Sequence record: NC_027349.1
Reading direction: 5' to 3' (one strand)
Length of the DNA: 64,000 nt
From: Escherichia phage HY01
Of the stretch, positions 9,968 through 20,232 are shown piece after piece. The notes beneath the pieces were generated by a model that was not told the origin of the DNA, did not search any database, and was given only the letters and a program-made list of their open reading frames with translations. Numbering within the stretch: the first letter of the stretch is position 1; each line of letters starts with the position of its first letter. A program made the translations under genes and the position numbers.

Positions 9968-11142
9968 TGAGTATGTTGCAACGCCCCGGATATCCAAATC
10001 TCAGCGTTAAATTATTTGAGAGTTATGACGCTTGGAGTAATAATAGATTTGTTGAATTAGCTGCTACTATTACCACATTAACTATGCGGGATTCTCTTTA
10101 TGGTCGAAATGAAGGAATGCTACAGTTTTATGATTCTAAAAATATCCATACAAAAATGGATGGGAACGAAATAATTCAGATTTCTGTAGCTAATGCAAAC
10201 TATATTAATAATGTTAAAACAAGAATTTATGGATGTAAGCATTTTTCTGTATCTGTAGATTCAAAGGGCGATAACATCATTGCTATTGAATTGGGAACTA
10301 TTCATTCCATAGAAAATCTTAAATTTGGCAGACCGTTTTTCTCTGATGTAGGTGAATCTATAAAGGAAATGCTTGGCGTCATTTACCAGGATCGCACATT
10401 ATTAACTCCAGCGATAAATGCTATAAATGCTTATGTTCCTGATATTCCGTGGACTAGTACATTTGAAAACTATTTGTCATATGTCAGAGAAGTTGCTCTA
10501 GCTGTAGGAAGTGACAAATTTGTGTTTGTGTGGCAAGACATCATGGGAGTTAACATGATGGACTATGATATGATGATAAATCAAGAACCATATCCAATGA
10601 TTGTTGGTGAGCCATCTTTAATAGGTCAATTCATCCAAGAATTAAAATATCCATTAGCATATGATTTCGTTTGGTTGACTAAATCGAATCCTCACAAACG
10701 TGACCCAATGAAAAATGCTACTATCTATGCTCATTCATTTTTAGATTCTTCATTGCCAATGATTACTACAGGAAAGGGCGAAAACTCTATTGTAGTGTCA
10801 AGGTCAGGTGCTTATTCTGAAATGACTTATAGGAATGGCTATGAAGAAGCTATTCGTCTTCAAACTATGGCGCAATATGACGGCTATGCTAAATGTTCTA
10901 CTGTCGGTAATTTTAACTTAACCCCTGGCGTTAAAATTATTTTTAATGATAGTAAAAACCAATTTAAAACAGAATTTTACGTTGATGAAGTCATCCATGA
11001 ATTATCAAATAATAATTCAGTAACTCATCTATATATGTTCACTAATGCAACGAAACTGGAAACAATAGACCCAGTTAAGGTTAAAAATGAATTTAAATCT
11101 GATACTACCACTGAAGAAAGTAGTTCTTCCAATAAGCAATAA
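9967..11142 (+). CDS. 27: Baseplate hub protein gp27
   Basis: 391 aa, conserved length and position. Confidence 0.85.
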   Translation: MSMLQRPGYPNLSVKLFESYDAWSNNRFVELAATITTLTMRDSLYGRNEGMLQFYDSKNIHTKMDGNEIIQISVANANYINNVKTRIYGCKHFSVSVDSKGDNIIAIELGTIHSIENLKFGRPFFSDVGESIKEMLGVIYQDRTLLTPAINAINAYVPDIPWTSTFENYLSYVREVALAVGSDKFVFVWQDIMGVNMMDYDMMINQEPYPMIVGEPSLIGQFIQELKYPLAYDFVWLTKSNPHKRDPMKNATIYAHSFLDSSLPMITTGKGENSIVVSRSGAYSEMTYRNGYEEAIRLQTMAQYDGYAKCSTVGNFNLTPGVKIIFNDSKNQFKTEFYVDEVIHELSNNNSVTHLYMFTNATKLETIDPVKVKNEFKSDTTTEESSSSNKQ

Positions 11143-11620
11143 AGAAGTTTCTATTCCTAAAATGGGTCTTAAACATTATAACATTTTAAAAGATGTTAAA
11201 GGACCCGATGAAAATTTAAAACTTTTGATCGATTCTATTTGTCCAAATTTATCACCGGCAGAAGTTGATTTCGTTTCTATTCATTTATTGGAATTTAATG
11301 GAAAGATTAAATCTCGTAAAGAAATAGATGGTTATACTTATGACATTAATGATGTTTATGTATGCCAAAGATTGGAATTTCAATACCAAGGAAATACATT
11401 TTATTTTAGACCTCCTGGAAAATTTGAACAATTTTTAACTGTGAGCGATATGTTATCCAAATGCTTGCTTAAGGTCAATGATGAAGTTAAAGAAATTAAT
11501 TTTCTTGAGATGCCAGCATTCGTTTTAAAATGGGCAAATGATATTTCTACAACTTTAGCAATTCCTGGCCCTAATGGTCCAATAACTGGAATTGGTAATA
11601 TTATTGGATTATTTGAATGA
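11087..11620 (+). CDS. 28: Baseplate hub distal protein gp28
   Basis: 177 aa; start overlaps the 3' end of gene 27 by 56 nt. Confidence 0.8.
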   Translation: MNLNLILPLKKVVLPISNKEVSIPKMGLKHYNILKDVKGPDENLKLLIDSICPNLSPAEVDFVSIHLLEFNGKIKSRKEIDGYTYDINDVYVCQRLEFQYQGNTFYFRPPGKFEQFLTVSDMLSKCLLKVNDEVKEINFLEMPAFVLKWANDISTTLAIPGPNGPITGIGNIIGLFE

Positions 11621-13389
11621 AAAAGCCACAAGAAATGCAAACGATGCGTAGAAAAGTTATTTCAGATAATAAACCAACACAGGAAGCGGCTAAATCCGCT
11701 TCTAATACTTTATCTGGACTTAACGATATATCTACGAAATTGGATGATGCTCAAGCTGCTTCTGAATTAATTGCTCAAACTGTCGAAGAAAAATCGAATG
11801 AAATAATTGGAGCAATTGACAATGTAGAAAGCGCAGTGAGTGATACTACTGCTGGTTCTGAGTTAATTGCTGAAACTGTTGAAATTGGCAATAATATTAA
11901 TAAAGAAATCGGCGAATCGCTCGGGAGCAAATTAGATAAATTAACGAGTTTACTAGAGCAAAAAATTCAGACAGCTGGAATTCAACAGACTGGAACTAGT
12001 TTAGCCACGGTTGAAAGCGCTATTCCTGTTAAAGTTGTTGAGGACGATACAGCTGAATCTGTGGGTCCTTTATTACCGGCTCCTGAAGCAGTTAATAATG
12101 ATCCTGATGCTGATTTTTTCCCTACCCCTCAGCCAGTTGAACCCAAACAAGAATCGCCAGAAGAAAAACAGAAAAAAGAAGCATTTAATTTAAAATTATC
12201 TCAAGCTTTAGATAAATTAACAAAGACTGTTGATTTTGGATTTAAAAAATCCATTTCAATTACTGATAAAATATCAAGTATGTTATTTAAGTATACTGTC
12301 AGTGCTGCTATTGAAGCCGCTAAAATGACTGCAATGATATTGGCTGTTGTTGTTGGAATAGATCTGCTGATGGTTCACTTTAAATATTGGTCAGATAAAT
12401 TTTCGCAGGCTTGGGATTTGTTTAGTACAGACTTTACTAAATTCTCTAGCGAAACCGGAACATGGGGTCCTTTATTACAGAGCATCTTTAGTTCTATTGA
12501 TGAAATTAAAAAATTCTGGGAAGAGGGAGATTGGGGCGGTTTGACGGTAGCTATTGTAGAAGGGCTTGGAAAGGTTCTTTATAATTTAGGAGAACTTATT
12601 CAGCTTGGAATGGCTAAATTATCTGCTGCAATTCTTCGAGTCATTCCTGGTATGAAGGATACTGCTGATGAAGTAGAAGGAAGAGCGCTGGAAAATTTCC
12701 AAAATTCTACTGGAGCATCTCTCAATAAAGAAGACCAGGAAAAAGTTGCAAATTATCAAGATAAAAGAATGAACGGAGACCTTGGTCCGATAGCAAAAGG
12801 ATTAGATAAAATTGCTAATTGGAAAACCCGTGCATCTAACTGGATTCGTGGCGTTGATAATAAAGAAGCACTAACTACCGACGAAGAACGTGCAGCAGAA
12901 GAAGAAAAATTAAAGCAACTTTCGCCAGAAGAAAGAAAAAATGCTTTAATGAAGGCTAATGAAGCCCGCGCCGCGATGATTCGTTTTGAAAAATATGCTG
13001 ATTCAGCTGATATGAGTAAAGACTCAACGGTTAAATCAGTTGAAGCTGCCTATGAAGACCTTAAAAAACGGATGGATGACCCGGATTTAAATAATTCACC
13101 GGCAGTTAAAAAAGAACTTGCTGCTAGATTTTCTAAAATTGATGCTACTTATCAAGAGCTCAAGAAAAATCAGCCTAATGCCAAACCTGAAACTTCTGCT
13201 AAATCGCCAGAAGCAAAACAAGTCCAGGTAATAGAAAAGAACAAAGCACAGCAAGCTCCTGTTCAACAAGCATCTCCTTCGATCAATAATACTAATAATG
13301 TTATTAAGAAAAATACTGTCGTTCATAATATGACACCCGTAACGAGCACGACTGCTCCTGGTGTATTTGATGCGACTGGAGTTAATTAA
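11617..13389 (+). CDS. 29: Baseplate hub / tail-length tape-measure protein gp29
   Basis: 590 aa, central hydrophobic segment, conserved position. Confidence 0.85.
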   Translation: MKKPQEMQTMRRKVISDNKPTQEAAKSASNTLSGLNDISTKLDDAQAASELIAQTVEEKSNEIIGAIDNVESAVSDTTAGSELIAETVEIGNNINKEIGESLGSKLDKLTSLLEQKIQTAGIQQTGTSLATVESAIPVKVVEDDTAESVGPLLPAPEAVNNDPDADFFPTPQPVEPKQESPEEKQKKEAFNLKLSQALDKLTKTVDFGFKKSISITDKISSMLFKYTVSAAIEAAKMTAMILAVVVGIDLLMVHFKYWSDKFSQAWDLFSTDFTKFSSETGTWGPLLQSIFSSIDEIKKFWEEGDWGGLTVAIVEGLGKVLYNLGELIQLGMAKLSAAILRVIPGMKDTADEVEGRALENFQNSTGASLNKEDQEKVANYQDKRMNGDLGPIAKGLDKIANWKTRASNWIRGVDNKEALTTDEERAAEEEKLKQLSPEERKNALMKANEARAAMIRFEKYADSADMSKDSTVKSVEAAYEDLKKRMDDPDLNNSPAVKKELAARFSKIDATYQELKKNQPNAKPETSAKSPEAKQVQVIEKNKAQQAPVQQASPSINNTNNVIKKNTVVHNMTPVTSTTAPGVFDATGVN

Positions 13390-13397
13390 GGAATAAT

Positions 13398-14492
13398 ATG
13401 GCAATTGTTAAAGAAATAACTGCTGATTTAATTAAAAAGTCCGGTGAGAAAATTTCAGCCGGACAGAGTACTAAATCAGAAGTAGCAACTAAAACATACA
13501 CTGCCCAGTTTCCAACTGGGCGTGCTAGTGGTAATGACACTACAGGGGACTTCCAGGTAACAGATCTATATAAGAATGGATTATTATTTACTGCATACAA
13601 TATGTCATCTAGGGATTCTGGAAGTCTTAGATCGATGAGATCTAACTACTCTTCTTCATCTTCGAGTATTTTAAGTACAGCTAGAAACACTATTAGTAGT
13701 ACAGTATCAAAACTATCAAATGGATTAATATCAAACAATAATTCAGGAACAATAAGTAAAGCTCCTGTCGCAAACATTCTTTTACCGAGATCTAAATCTG
13801 ACGTTGATACATCATCACATAGATTTAATGATGTTCAAGAAAGTCTTATCAGCAGAGGCGGAGGTACTGCTACTGGTGTGTTAAGTAATATTGCTTCAAC
13901 TGCAGTATTTGGGGCACTGGAAAGTATAACACAAGGTATAATGGCTGATAATAATGAACAGATTTATACGACAGCCAGAAGTATGTATGGTGGTGCTGAG
14001 AATAGAACTAAAGTGTTTACATGGGATTTGACTCCACGTTCAACAGAAGATTTGATGGCTATTATCAATATCTATCAATATTTTAACTATTTTTCTTATG
14101 GTGAAACTGGTAAATCTCAATATGCTGCTGAAATAAAGGGGTATTTAGATGATTGGTATCGTTCTACGTTAATTGAACCTTTATCTCCGGAAGACGCAGC
14201 TAAAAATAAAACACTATTTGAGAAAATGACATCGAGTTTAACTAACGTTCTAGTAGTTTCAAACCCGACAATTTGGATGGTGAAAAACTTTGGTGCAACA
14301 TCTAAGTTTGATGGAAAAACGGAAATATTTGGCCCATGTCAAATACAGAGCATCAGATTTGATAAAACGCCTAATGGTAACTTTAACGGATTAGCTATTG
14401 CTCCAAACCTCCCTAGTACATTTACTCTTGAGATTACTATGAGAGAAATTATCACGTTAAACCGTGCTTCTTTATATGCGGGGACTTTTTAA
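13398..14492 (+). CDS. 48: Baseplate-tail tube junction protein gp48
   Basis: 364 aa, conserved position. Confidence 0.85.
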   Translation: MAIVKEITADLIKKSGEKISAGQSTKSEVATKTYTAQFPTGRASGNDTTGDFQVTDLYKNGLLFTAYNMSSRDSGSLRSMRSNYSSSSSSILSTARNTISSTVSKLSNGLISNNNSGTISKAPVANILLPRSKSDVDTSSHRFNDVQESLISRGGGTATGVLSNIASTAVFGALESITQGIMADNNEQIYTTARSMYGGAENRTKVFTWDLTPRSTEDLMAIINIYQYFNYFSYGETGKSQYAAEIKGYLDDWYRSTLIEPLSPEDAAKNKTLFEKMTSSLTNVLVVSNPTIWMVKNFGATSKFDGKTEIFGPCQIQSIRFDKTPNGNFNGLAIAPNLPSTFTLEITMREIITLNRASLYAGTF

Positions 14493-15457
14493 TGTATTCT
14501 TTAGAGGAATTTAATAATCAAGCAATAAACGCAGATTTCCAGCGTAATAATATGTTTAGCTGCGTTTTTGCGACAACTCCATCAACTAAAAGCTCTTCGT
14601 TGATAAGTTCAATTAGCAACTTTTCTTATAATAACTTGGGCCTAAATTCAGATTGGTTAGGATTGACTCAAGGCGATATTAATCAGGGAATTACCACGCT
14701 AATTACCGCTGGCACACAAAAACTGATAAGAAAATCAGGGGTTAGTAAATATCTTATTGGTGCCATGAGTCAACGTACAGTTCAAAGTTTATTGGGCTCA
14801 TTTACAGTTGGTACATATTTAATTGACTTCTTTAATATGGCATATAATTCATCTGGATTGATGATATACTCTGTAAAAATGCCAGAGAATAGATTATCCT
14901 ATGAAACTGACTGGAACTATAATTCTCCTAATATTCGTATAACTGGGAGAGAATTAGACCCTTTGGTTATTTCATTTAGAATGGATTCAGAAGCTTGTAA
15001 CTATCGTGCGATGCAAGACTGGGTTAACGCTGTTCAAGACCCAGTAACTGGACTGCGTGCTTTGCCACAAGATGTCGAGGCAGATATTCAGGTTAATCTT
15101 CATGCTCGTAATGGATTACCTCATACTGCAGTGATGTTCACCGGATGCATTCCAGTGTCAGTGAGCGCTCCTGAGTTATCATATGATGGAGATAACCAAA
15201 TAACTACATTTGATGTTACTTTTGCGTATAGAGTCATGCAGGCTGGGTCGGTTGATAGACAAGCTGCGCTTGAGTGGCTTGAATCTGCTGCTATAAATGG
15301 CATTCAAAGCGTTCTCGGAAATAGTGGAGGTGTTACTGGATTATCTAATTCGCTTTCACGACTTAGTAGATTAGGGGGAACTGCTGGAAGCATTTCAAAC
15401 ATTAATACTATGACAGGAATTGTCAATTCGCAAAGTAAAATATTAGGAGCAATATAA
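14492..15457 (+). CDS. 54: Baseplate tail-tube initiator gp54
   Basis: 321 aa, conserved position. Confidence 0.85.
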   Translation: MYSLEEFNNQAINADFQRNNMFSCVFATTPSTKSSSLISSISNFSYNNLGLNSDWLGLTQGDINQGITTLITAGTQKLIRKSGVSKYLIGAMSQRTVQSLLGSFTVGTYLIDFFNMAYNSSGLMIYSVKMPENRLSYETDWNYNSPNIRITGRELDPLVISFRMDSEACNYRAMQDWVNAVQDPVTGLRALPQDVEADIQVNLHARNGLPHTAVMFTGCIPVSVSAPELSYDGDNQITTFDVTFAYRVMQAGSVDRQAALEWLESAAINGIQSVLGNSGGVTGLSNSLSRLSRLGGTAGSISNINTMTGIVNSQSKILGAI

Positions 15458-15461
15458 CAAT

Positions 15462-15491
15462 GGGGACCGAAAGGTCCCCATATTTTTATTT
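15462..15491 (+). terminator. Hairpin terminator after gene 54 (GGGGACC-GAAA-GGTCCCC plus T-run)
   Basis: Perfect 7-bp stem with GAAA loop followed by ATATTTTTATTT. Confidence 0.6.
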
Positions 15492-15776
15492 ACGGAATGA
15501 AATAAAAGCAGCAACTGAAGCAACTAAACTGTCTTCAATATAAACTTCAATTTTTACCGGAGCTTCTGACTCAAATTTACCTGTTACTACACCTTGGAAA
15601 ATGCTTTCAGTCTGTTCTGGCTTTGAAAAATTTTCAGAAGGAAAAATTCCGAACTTTTTATCTGTTCCAAAAATTTTGATAAATTCATCATAAACTGCTT
15701 CATTAAAAGCGTTATCAGCAGGAATAACGCCTTCAACTACAAGTTCTTGACCTAAAAAGCGTAAAGAAGATTTCAT
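15486..15776 (-). CDS. Hypothetical early protein (position of T4 alt.-3)
   Basis: 96-aa ORF with GAGG Shine-Dalgarno, directly downstream of an early promoter. Confidence 0.6.
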   Translation of the reverse strand: MKSSLRFLGQELVVEGVIPADNAFNEAVYDEFIKIFGTDKKFGIFPSENFSKPEQTESIFQGVVTGKFESEAPVKIEVYIEDSLVASVAAFISFRK

Positions 15777-15807
15777 TTTGTGTTCCTCATGTTATGTCAG
15801 TAAGATT

Positions 15808-15837
15808 ATTATAACACAACACGAGGGACTTGTAAAC
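15808..15837 (-). promoter_or_regulatory. T4-type early promoter (GTTTAC-N18-TATAAT)
   Basis: Minus-strand GTTTAC at 15837-15832 and TATAAT at 15813-15808; part of a ~55-bp repeat also found upstream of alc. Confidence 0.55.
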
Positions 15838-17894
15838 TACATCTTGAACTTTTTAGACATTCCGTTGATGTTAACCAAAGAAGCCAAGATTTGAGAAACT
15901 TCGTTTTCCTCTTCTTTTGATTCTTCTACAAGGAATTGATTAAACCCAGCCATTGGACGAACTTCACCAGTTTCCATTAGATGATCGCCATCATATACCG
16001 ATTCTTCTAATTGTTCAGAAGGAGGAACGATTGTGCCTTCAATTAGATACTTGTTATAAGCAGTTTCTTTCATCATGTACGTGCTTACTTTATTAATCTT
16101 CAACAAAATTCCACGCGGTAGAATAACTTCAGCTTCTGATGGAAATCCCGATAAATGACCTGGAACGATAACTTTGATTCGCTCAGCCCCTTTAATTACC
16201 ATACCTACGCTAGTTTCAGCATCTTCATTCGCATAAGCAGAATGACTGCCCATATGCATTAAATCTTCAGCATCAACAGAACCTTCTCCTTCACCAGAAA
16301 ATACTGCGCCGGAATCATCTAGAGCCATATAGTTTTTACCATGCTCACCGAAGATATTTGGTTTAAGCGATGTTGATACGAAGTTCTTGAAATAGAACAT
16401 TTTATTTTCAATATTATGGCGTAAAGTTTTAAAAGTAACTTCTTGTCCACGATAAAGCGTAGTTCCTGGAGGAAGAACTGAACCTTTGGCAAAGGCAGAA
16501 TCCAGCGTCTCGATGTGTTTAATAGCTCGTTCCATATATTCTTCACGGGTAGAATCTGGTTTACCCAAGAGGAACGAGTTCATTTCAACATATGAATCTG
16601 CACAATAATCTTCAATTACATCAGACTCAGCCTGAGTCAGTCCTTTTGGAGTTACTTCGGTGCTTGCGTATTCATATGCCTGAGCAGCAGATTCATTAAT
16701 CAATTTATAAATGCCATTCATGACAAATTGAATAATAGCTACCTTTTCGTCTGGCGTGGCTTTAGAACCTTTAACTAAATCATTGATAATTTTCTTAATA
16801 ACATCAAAGCTATTAGAAATATTAATGTCAGCGAGATCGCTCAAAATTTTATCGGTTTTATAATCAAAGAATTCTTTATTCTTTAAATATTCTTGAGAAC
16901 CTTGATGTGTTATATCGCTCTGCAGTCTGATAGACGGATCACGTAAACGTGCATGGGCCAATGCAATATGATTTCGGAAGCTTTCTAGTTCATAATCGTT
17001 AGATTTAAAACGAGAAGCACTTCTCATACCACCGATAGCTCCTTTACCGAAGTTTGAACCAATCTGAATAACGCCAGAGTTCATTGGTCCTTCTGCTTTA
17101 TATACCGGAACTTTAGATTCAAACTCTTGATATTTCTTAGCGGCAAAGCTATCACCCTGAAGCGAAGCATCGACAGTAGAATATTGAGCTTGCGCTGCTA
17201 ATCGACGACTAATTTTAGTTTTCTGAATAACAGCTTGATCCGTGCGCTTATCATTTTCTAAAGCAATAGAAGCGGCAACAGCAACAGCTTTAGGAACAGC
17301 ATTACCTGTTTTAACATCTACATAAACATCACCAACCTTTGATTCAACTTTTGTGAATAACTCAGTTGAAATAGGAGGTACACCTGGAATGTCTTCTAAA
17401 TTAGCATTTTTACGGTAAACCATAATATATGCGTACTTTTTATCGTAATCCCAGATTTCCTTTAAAAGAACATATCGACCTGCTCCTTTAGTACGTACTA
17501 AACGGTCGGCAATAACTTGCATTTGACGAGCTGCACCATTTGTTTTACTCTTTAGTACGCGGAATAAGCATGCGTCAATTTTGTATTGTTTCATTGTCTG
17601 AAGAGCAGTATCAAAAACCGCATTAATGACACCAATTGGATTTCCACCCAAGTTTTTAAGTTTAACTAATGATAGTTTCTCATTAACACCTATCATTACG
17701 ATATGCATCATTTTATCGCCTGGCTTAACGTTTTTATTTGTATCACCGCCAGAGGTGTATGTACAAAATCTAAATCCAGGAAGCACGCTTTCTTCACCGG
17801 CTTGAATAGCAAAAATTTGAGGTATTTTATGCTTAGGATTTAAGTTAACAACCGGCGCCGAAGCGCCGTCAAATAATTCTGTAATAAGTTCCAT
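15837..17894 (-). CDS. Alt-like ADP-ribosyltransferase paralogue
   Basis: 685 aa; N-terminal ~200 aa closely parallel Alt (MELITELFD...); C-terminal domain has R (YRGQ), STS (FVSTSL) and EAEVILPRG motifs; start 3 nt after the alt stop. Confidence 0.75.
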   Translation of the reverse strand: MELITELFDGASAPVVNLNPKHKIPQIFAIQAGEESVLPGFRFCTYTSGGDTNKNVKPGDKMMHIVMIGVNEKLSLVKLKNLGGNPIGVINAVFDTALQTMKQYKIDACLFRVLKSKTNGAARQMQVIADRLVRTKGAGRYVLLKEIWDYDKKYAYIMVYRKNANLEDIPGVPPISTELFTKVESKVGDVYVDVKTGNAVPKAVAVAASIALENDKRTDQAVIQKTKISRRLAAQAQYSTVDASLQGDSFAAKKYQEFESKVPVYKAEGPMNSGVIQIGSNFGKGAIGGMRSASRFKSNDYELESFRNHIALAHARLRDPSIRLQSDITHQGSQEYLKNKEFFDYKTDKILSDLADINISNSFDVIKKIINDLVKGSKATPDEKVAIIQFVMNGIYKLINESAAQAYEYASTEVTPKGLTQAESDVIEDYCADSYVEMNSFLLGKPDSTREEYMERAIKHIETLDSAFAKGSVLPPGTTLYRGQEVTFKTLRHNIENKMFYFKNFVSTSLKPNIFGEHGKNYMALDDSGAVFSGEGEGSVDAEDLMHMGSHSAYANEDAETSVGMVIKGAERIKVIVPGHLSGFPSEAEVILPRGILLKINKVSTYMMKETAYNKYLIEGTIVPPSEQLEESVYDGDHLMETGEVRPMAGFNQFLVEESKEEENEVSQILASLVNINGMSKKFKM

Positions 17895-17897
17895 GAT

Positions 17898-19991
17898 TTA
17901 TCCTTGAACGAACTTGTAAGGCATGTTTGTAATATCTATGCAAGACGCAATAATTCCGAGAGATGATTCTGCTTTCTGTTTAACATTTGATGAAACAAAT
18001 GATGCAAAGTCAACTCTGTCTTCTATTTCAATATCACCTGTCATTGCAACTACTTCGCCGGTTTCCATTAAACGGTCACCGTCATAAATTACTGATTCGG
18101 TGAGTTCTTCCGTAGTCATAACTTCAGCTTGAATGAGTTTTGTATTATTAGATGTTGTTCCGTCATTATTAGAAGCATCAGTTATTTTATTAACTTTGAC
18201 CATCAATCCGCGTGGTAGAATAACTTCAGCTTCTGTTGCTATTCCGAGACTTCCTGGATATACAACATTAACTTTATGAGCTCCATCAATTGCCCATCCT
18301 ATTTGAACTTTAACGTATTCAGGATTTTCTTTATACGCTCTTATTTCGTTTGGATTAATAGTTATTCCTTCTTCATTTTTATCAACTGTCAATTCATTAC
18401 GAGCTTCTGGTTCTAAAAGACCAATACCAGCATGTGTAATTCCAAAACGTCCAAAAATGATAGGAGTTAAAGAAGTAGATACAAAATTTCTGAAATAGAA
18501 TACTTTATTTTTAACTAGTGCTTCGTATATAGGAGCAGTCATACTTTGAGCACGATAAACTGTAATGCCTTCTGGTATACGGTCGCCATTTTCAAAAGCT
18601 GAATCTAAGTTATTTATAGCAGATTCAATTTCTTTTTCACTCATTACATCATATCGTTCTGGATTGTAGCGTCCTAAAAGAAGATTATTGATGTCAGTAT
18701 ATCCTGAACCGCAATACTCTCTAATGCCACGCTTTTGTGATGGAGTATATTTAGAACCATCACGGGCAATAGTAATATCAATCATTGGACCTGCACCAAT
18801 TCCAGAAAAACTATAAATCATTCTTTTGAGGAATTTAGTTTTTGCTGCGTTCCAGGAATTTTTAGTTATTTCTTCCCAGACTTCATCTGGCTGTCCTTTA
18901 CGGGTTTTATTATGTTTATCAAGCCAATTATCTTTATATTCTTCAAAGAGTTGATTAACAGCTGCTGCGTATTTCTCTAAACATTTTATTGAAGTAGTTG
19001 GTTCATTTTTAATCGCATTAAGAATTACATCTTTAATTTTTTCAGAAACTTCATTAACCTCACTTTTTGAAAAGAATTTATAATCATAGTGAAGTTCATC
19101 TGCAGTTCCTTCGGCAATAATTTTTGCTGTCTTAGTTTTAGAAGCTAATGAATTAATTCCAAGTTTCATTTCTTCTGCTTCAGGAATTAAAGGAGCTGTA
19201 GCATGTTTATTAAAATTGGCTGCGGTAGATTCATACTTCTGGAATAATTCGCTTTCAAATCTAGAAGATTCTAATGACTGGCTTTGTGCAATTGCTCTAC
19301 GGGAAATTTTAACTTTAACGATTACAGCTTGGTCAGAACGTTTATCATTTTCTTGTGCAATAGATGCTGCAATTGCCTCATTTTTAGTTACTTGAGCTCC
19401 GGTATCTTTATTGATATAAACATCACCGACCTTCGATTCAACTTTAGTAAAGAGCTCGGTACTAATTTCCGGAACTCCTGGAATGTCTTCTAGTGATACA
19501 TTTTTGCGATGTATAAGAATATATGCATACTTTTTATCATAATCCCAGAGTTCCTTAAGAAGGACGTATCTGCCACCTGAACGACTACGGATAAGTCTAT
19601 CAGCAATAACTTGAATTTGTCGAGCTTGACCAGCAGTTTTAGACTTAAGAATACGAAGCATGCAGGCATCAATTTTATACTGACGCATCGTCTGCATTGC
19701 AACAGTAAAAACTGAATTGATGTAATTAATTGGACTTGGACCGAGACCTTTTAATTTAGCAATTGAACCTTTAGCAGTTAGTGTAAAAGGAACAATGTGC
19801 ATCATTTTATCGCCCATCTTTAAATCGCGATTAGTATCACCTCCAGATGTATAGGTACATAAACGAAAGCCTGGTTGTTCAATTGCGTCATCAACATGAA
19901 CTGAAAAAATTTGTGGTATTTTCTTCTTTGGATTTAAGTTTGTAATCGGAAGAGTAGTATCTTCGTCAAATAATTCTGTAATAAGTTCCAT
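17898..19991 (-). CDS. alt: Alt ADP-ribosyltransferase (capsid-packaged RNA polymerase modifier)
   Basis: N-terminus MELITELFDEDTTLPITNL... matches remembered T4 Alt; ART motifs YRAQ / FVSTSL / EAEVILPRG; second ATG chosen as start. Confidence 0.9.
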   Translation of the reverse strand: MELITELFDEDTTLPITNLNPKKKIPQIFSVHVDDAIEQPGFRLCTYTSGGDTNRDLKMGDKMMHIVPFTLTAKGSIAKLKGLGPSPINYINSVFTVAMQTMRQYKIDACMLRILKSKTAGQARQIQVIADRLIRSRSGGRYVLLKELWDYDKKYAYILIHRKNVSLEDIPGVPEISTELFTKVESKVGDVYINKDTGAQVTKNEAIAASIAQENDKRSDQAVIVKVKISRRAIAQSQSLESSRFESELFQKYESTAANFNKHATAPLIPEAEEMKLGINSLASKTKTAKIIAEGTADELHYDYKFFSKSEVNEVSEKIKDVILNAIKNEPTTSIKCLEKYAAAVNQLFEEYKDNWLDKHNKTRKGQPDEVWEEITKNSWNAAKTKFLKRMIYSFSGIGAGPMIDITIARDGSKYTPSQKRGIREYCGSGYTDINNLLLGRYNPERYDVMSEKEIESAINNLDSAFENGDRIPEGITVYRAQSMTAPIYEALVKNKVFYFRNFVSTSLTPIIFGRFGITHAGIGLLEPEARNELTVDKNEEGITINPNEIRAYKENPEYVKVQIGWAIDGAHKVNVVYPGSLGIATEAEVILPRGLMVKVNKITDASNNDGTTSNNTKLIQAEVMTTEELTESVIYDGDRLMETGEVVAMTGDIEIEDRVDFASFVSSNVKQKAESSLGIIASCIDITNMPYKFVQG

Positions 19992-20014
19992 CATATCCTC
20001 TCTAGTGTTTATTC

Positions 20015-20022
20015 TATTTATA
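20015..20022 (-). promoter_or_regulatory. Late promoter (TATAAATA on minus strand) upstream of alt
   Basis: Plus-strand TATTTATA at 20015-20022, about 24 nt upstream of the alt ATG. Confidence 0.5.
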
Positions 20023-20042
20023 AAATTAAAGGCCCGAAGGCC
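20018..20042 (-). terminator. Hairpin (GGCC-CGAA-GGCC) terminator between the 62-aa ORF and alt
   Basis: Stem-loop at 20031-20042 with a U-rich tract on the minus strand; overlaps the late promoter. Confidence 0.4.
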
Positions 20043-20043
20043 T

Positions 20044-20232
20044 TTAATAATCTAGTGGTAAGAGAGTACGGTATATTTCAAACTTTGGCCCTTTTTCATA
20101 GGCATCAAATGTTTCTGTAAATTTATTATAAGCATACGCATCTACAAATTCGAGAATGACTTGCGATACCGAAGTAGAAACATCTCCACCTTCTTTTTGA
20201 GCTATAACAATTGTTTCTAAGTAAGCTTTCAT
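20044..20232 (-). CDS. Hypothetical small protein (position of T4 alt.1)
   Basis: 62-aa ORF, start overlaps the ligase stop. Confidence 0.55.
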   Translation of the reverse strand: MKAYLETIVIAQKEGGDVSTSVSQVILEFVDAYAYNKFTETFDAYEKGPKFEIYRTLLPLDY

